From the IMG/VR virus record IMGVR_UViG_3300028888_000051, positions 163,384 through 227,383 of that record: a stretch of DNA of 64,000 nucleotides; one strand, given 5' to 3'. Position numbers and translations under genes: made by a program. Shown in pieces: positions 60,338 to 64,000 of the stretch. Source of the DNA: a virus. Its lineage: Duplodnaviria; Heunggongvirae; Uroviricota; Caudoviricetes. The notes below the pieces were generated by a model. It worked only from the letters and a program-made list of their open reading frames with translations. It was not told the DNA's origin and made no database searches. How positions within the stretch are numbered: position 1 is the first letter of the stretch; each line of letters starts with the position of its first letter.

Positions 60338-60706
60338 ATGCTAGAATTTTTAAAAAAATTGTTAAGAATTGGCGAAAAATGTTATTGTGAAGGTATATGT
60401 CATTGTAAAAAGATTACATGTGATGGTCCAGATTTAGAAGAAGATTTTGATGAAACAATTACACGTAAAGATTATAAAATTACTATACCTTATAGTATAA
60501 ATGCAGAATTAAAAAAAGAAGGTATTTCGATTTCAGCTACAAAATATAATGGAAAACCTTCGTGTGTACAAATGTTTAAAGTAGTTGATGGAAAAGTAAA
60601 ATACATCGGTACATTAAAAACATATATGAACGTTAAATCTTTTAAAGATAACAACGTTTGTAATTTTAGTCGTGAAAACTTAATTTATAAAGAAAAGGAA
60701 AATTAA
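60338..60706 (+). CDS. small Cys-rich protein (122 aa)
   Basis: CYCEGICHCKKITCDGPD. Confidence 0.45.
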   Translation: MLEFLKKLLRIGEKCYCEGICHCKKITCDGPDLEEDFDETITRKDYKITIPYSINAELKKEGISISATKYNGKPSCVQMFKVVDGKVKYIGTLKTYMNVKSFKDNNVCNFSRENLIYKEKEN

Positions 60707-60707
60707 A

Positions 60708-60965
60708 ATGACAGAACAAGTAGATGTTGAAGTCGGTGGTTTAAATACTGAAAGATTAAAATCTATTATTGAACGTATAGAAAATGTAGATAATGAGATT
60801 AATGCATTAAAAGAAGATAGAAAAGGTATAATGCTTGAAGCAAAATCTGCAGGTTTTGATACAAAAGCTATTACCCATGTTATTAAACAAAGAAAAAAGA
60901 ATAAAGCACAGCGAGATGAAGAGGAATTAGTTTTCGAAACCTATGAAAGAGCTGTTGGTTTATAA
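60708..60965 (+). CDS. gapR: GapR-like nucleoid-associated DNA-binding protein (DUF2312 family)
   Basis: LKSIIERIENVDNEINALKEDRKGIMLEAKSAGFDTKAITHVIKQRKKNKAQRDEEELVFETYERAVG closely parallels Caulobacter GapR LKSIIDRVERLE...AEAKGNGFDVKVLKKVVRIRKQD...EEDAILDLY..AIG. Confidence 0.8.
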   Translation: MTEQVDVEVGGLNTERLKSIIERIENVDNEINALKEDRKGIMLEAKSAGFDTKAITHVIKQRKKNKAQRDEEELVFETYERAVGL

Positions 60966-61003
60966 TACATTATAAATGGAAAAATAATTTAAATAATTTA
61001 GTA

Positions 61004-61036
61004 GAATCCATATAAAGTATGGATTCTATTTTTATA
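61004..61036 (+). terminator. rho-independent terminator overlapping promoter-like motif
   Basis: GAATCCATA taaag TATGGATTC followed by TATTTTTATATTT. Confidence 0.7.
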
Positions 61037-61059
61037 TTTAAGTTAAAGGAGTCAATTTA

Positions 61060-64000
61060 ATGGAAAATATTATAAAGAATAGAAGTAAAGATGAATATAT
61101 TTGTACACTTGGTCCAAAATTATTATTAATTGCACTTAAACCTTTAGATAATGATAAAAAAGAAATATTTGATTCAATACAAGGTATTGAATATTTGAGT
61201 AATTGTTTCAAAAGTAAGTTTAAATCCGCAGAAACTCATGTTACATATTTATTAGATACTGATTCTAATTCTAATTTATTTCAAAATGGTTTTTATGATA
61301 TATTCAATTATTACAATAAAAAAGGTACTTTTGATCCTAAACAATTTATGATAGGATTTATAGGTCAAAAGTCTTTTGATGAATTCAAATATAAGTCTGA
61401 CTCCCTTGTATTTGATGGGGTATATAGTGTAGGGCTTCGTGAAATTACTTCAAGCATAAGAATTTATATATCTGGAATTAATGGAAATAAAGATTTTTAT
61501 GCTCCCTACATTATATTACCTGATGTAACTGAAGATTTTTCTAAAACTAATGTTTTATTAGATAATACAAAAATAGCCCAATCTATAACTACTTCACCAT
61601 ATAGTACAACAAAAGAAGTAATTGATCATTTTAAATTATTAATTGAAAAATATAATGCAGGTGATATAAAAGGGTTTAGATTTAATTCAAAAATAAATTT
61701 TGATTTACCTAAACCGAAAACCGAATATTTCAAAGTATATGATTATGGTACAACACATGAATTAGTTTATTGTCCTTCTGATATTATTTGTGAAAATGAT
61801 ACTTTAGAATTAAAAAATGAATTTAAAAAAAGTTTAATTGAATTATTTAAAACTGTACCAATTTGTGGAGATGATATAGAAAAAACACTTAGTTTATATA
61901 AATTTCCTGGACATGAACAAATAAAAATTGTTGAAGAAAAAGATATTATTCCTGATCCATATGAAATTATATTAGATAGACCTTATTTTAAAATCGTAGG
62001 AAGCAGAAATGGTACTCCTTCTAATTGGTATACTAAATGGAGAAATGAAGTATTCTATGGCTTAAATTTAGACAAAAAAACAATAAAGCGCGAAGGATAT
62101 GACGATAGTTTAAAATATGAATGGATTTATGATATAGAGGTTTTTAAAAATGATTGGCTGTTTGTTGCAAAATCAATAGATGGCGAAAGTAAAGTTGTTT
62201 GCTGGAATGATCCTATAAATTTAGCTAAATGGATTAAAAATAAAATTTTGATTGGTTTTAATAATGCTGGATATGATGATGCTGTTATTCATCATGCATT
62301 AGTTTATCCATATGCTGTAAAGGGTGCTTTAACAGTTAAAGAATTTTCTGATTTAATGATTTATGATGAATTAGATAATGTAAAAAGACGTCCTGAAATA
62401 AGAGAAGAATTTAAAAATCAAAGATTAGTTTTTGATCCTCCATTTTTGTCATGGGATTTAAGTTTTCATATGCCATTTGATATTAGACGTAATTCATTAA
62501 AAAAACTTACAATGTCTATACTCAATAAACGGAATTATGATTCAAATGTACCATTTGATACTCCTAGACCACTAACTAAAGAAGAGCGTAAAGAAGTAGA
62601 AAAGTATTGCGAAATGGACGTTGATAACACTCGTGATTTATTTTTACCAGATCCAGAAGATGTTAAGAAAAAAGAAGAAAATCCAAAATATAAAATGAGA
62701 GAATTTGCAAGAGATTCTTATGATATTAAATGGAATTTGATTGTTGAATATAAAATGACTGCAAAAACTCTTATTACAAAATCTTCATCTTTTGCTGGAA
62801 AAGTGTTATGTGGAGAAGACGCTAAACCAAATCTTCAAAATACCTTTAAGCTAGTAGATGGCAAAAGACAATATTATCTTATTCCAGAAATGGCATATAA
62901 AGAATTAGAAGGAACACCTGTTTTAAATTTTTATATTAAACATCAAAGTAATCCAGATTATATAAAAGAAAAATTTGAATATTATATGGGAGGAAATGAT
63001 GAAAGTCATAAATATCAATTTGGTTTTGGTGGACTTCATCAAGCTTTAGTTAATTTTGGATCTACTAATCTTTGTAATTTTGATGTAGCTAGCTTATATC
63101 CATCATTACTTATTCAATATAATCTAATGTCACGAGGTGCAGAAAAAAATCCAGATTCTTATAAAGAAGTGTATCATACACGTATAGCAGCTAAACATGA
63201 AGGTAAAACATTATTAAATCTTGGTTTAAAATTAGTATTAAATGGTGCTATAGGAGCAATGTTAAGTAACTATAATCCATTATATGATACTTGGTCTAAT
63301 TCGAGCATTTGTGTACATGGACAATTACTTTTATTTATTCTTTGCAAGCGTCTTTATGAAGCAGGATTTAATATTGTTCAAACTAATACAGATGGTATTA
63401 TGGTAGAGCGTAGAGAAGATATAGACTTTATGCCAATTTGTAAAAAATGGGAAGAAGAAACAAGACTTGTTCTCGAATATGATGACATTGCGATTTTACA
63501 ACAAAATAATGTTAACAACTATTATTGTCAATTTACAAATGGAAAGGTTAAGTCTAAAGGTTTTTATTTATCAAATGAAAAATATGGTAAAGCAACAAGT
63601 ATTATTCTTTGTAATATGGTAACAGGTAAACCATTATTAGAAGGAACAGAACCTAGAGACTATGTAATTTATAAACGTCATAGTATTGGTGAAATTTATG
63701 ATGGAAAAACTAATCAAAAATTAGAAGGTCGTAGTTTAGCATTTGTTGTTGGTTATCCAGAAGATTCTAGAACACAATCTTATTATAGTCGTAGTCGTAA
63801 TGAAAGAGAAGTAGTTAAAAAAGATGAAAATGGAAAAGCTATAGTAGATGAAAATGGAAATAATGTAATGGAAACAATAAATAGTATTTCTAAAATTAAT
63901 GGTTTTACTGAACATATGCTTTTGGTAGATGATACAAATACATTAACTTTTGATGAAATTAACACAAAAGAATATATAAATTTTGCTAAAAACTTACTTG
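61060..64000 (+). CDS. family B DNA polymerase (T4 gp43-like), 5' partial - ORF continues past window end; about 350-aa region precedes Exo I
   Basis: no in-frame stop from ATG 61060 to 64000 (own translation of first 1.2 kb); Exo I YDIEV (62128), Exo II FNNAGYDD, motif A DVASLYPSLL, motif C QTNTDGIMV. Confidence 0.8.
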   Translation, partial: MENIIKNRSKDEYICTLGPKLLLIALKPLDNDKKEIFDSIQGIEYLSNCFKSKFKSAETHVTYLLDTDSNSNLFQNGFYDIFNYYNKKGTFDPKQFMIGFIGQKSFDEFKYKSDSLVFDGVYSVGLREITSSIRIYISGINGNKDFYAPYIILPDVTEDFSKTNVLLDNTKIAQSITTSPYSTTKEVIDHFKLLIEKYNAGDIKGFRFNSKINFDLPKPKTEYFKVYDYGTTHELVYCPSDIICENDTLELKNEFKKSLIELFKTVPICGDDIEKTLSLYKFPGHEQIKIVEEKDIIPDPYEIILDRPYFKIVGSRNGTPSNWYTKWRNEVFYGLNLDKKTIKREGYDDSLKYEWIYDIEVFKNDWLFVAKSIDGESKVVCWNDPINLAKWIKNKILIGFNNAGYDDAVIHHALVYPYAVKGALTVKEFSDLMIYDELDNVKRRPEIREEFKNQRLVFDPPFLSWDLSFHMPFDIRRNSLKKLTMSILNKRNYDSNVPFDTPRPLTKEERKEVEKYCEMDVDNTRDLFLPDPEDVKKKEENPKYKMREFARDSYDIKWNLIVEYKMTAKTLITKSSSFAGKVLCGEDAKPNLQNTFKLVDGKRQYYLIPEMAYKELEGTPVLNFYIKHQSNPDYIKEKFEYYMGGNDESHKYQFGFGGLHQALVNFGSTNLCNFDVASLYPSLLIQYNLMSRGAEKNPDSYKEVYHTRIAAKHEGKTLLNLGLKLVLNGAIGAMLSNYNPLYDTWSNSSICVHGQLLLFILCKRLYEAGFNIVQTNTDGIMVERREDIDFMPICKKWEEETRLVLEYDDIAILQQNNVNNYYCQFTNGKVKSKGFYLSNEKYGKATSIILCNMVTGKPLLEGTEPRDYVIYKRHSIGEIYDGKTNQKLEGRSLAFVVGYPEDSRTQSYYSRSRNEREVVKKDENGKAIVDENGNNVMETINSISKINGFTEHMLLVDDTNTLTFDEINTKEYINFAKNLL

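Noticed and set aside
39448-63965. Further short track ORFs (39448-39693, 41475-41666, 42820-43149, 43964-44182, 48016-48207, 49461-49787, 55191-55484, 57986-58177, 63783-63965)
   Set aside because: Antisense to or overlapping stronger genes (SHMT, QueC-like, HEG-like, DNA polymerase), so treated as non-coding.
1-64000. tRNA genes
   Set aside because: Scanned for GC-richer about 75-nt patches and T-arm-like GGTTCGAATCC/GTTCAAATC motifs. None was found. The GC-rich spots seen are simple hairpins (9038-9091, terminators).

Overview
Very AT-rich (by eye roughly 25-30% GC), densely coded segment of a T4-like myovirus genome. Recognisable T4-type genes: gp46/gp47 (SbcC/SbcD-like) recombination nuclease, gp32-like SSB, DHFR, thymidine kinase, RecA/UvsX-class recombinase, family-B DNA polymerase (5' part, runs off window end), large terminase (interrupted by an HNH-containing intein in the P-loop), tail-tube-like protein, a long-tail-fiber module with glycine-rich gp38-like adhesin, and a GH19 endolysin. 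Cellular-type auxiliary genes: serine hydroxymethyltransferase, ClpP-like protease, SPFH/prohibitin lipoprotein, QueC-like PP-loop ATPase, and a GapR-like (alphaproteobacterial nucleoid protein) gene; GapR points to an alphaproteobacterial, possibly SAR11-like, host. Mobile elements: TerL intein, a free-standing HNH gene, and a homing-endonuclease-like gene with tandem NUMOD3-like repeats plus a Vsr/DUF559-like nuclease. Most unusual: a minus-strand operon of four divergent radical-SAM paralogs (21.7-25.5 kb) transcribed divergently from a cluster containing a paralogous protein pair (one with a poly-Ser/Cys tail) and a PLP-fold-like protein; and a recurrent promoter-like motif (A/G)GTTCTAWAW found upstream of more than 20 genes on both strands. 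No tRNA, rRNA or CRISPR seen.
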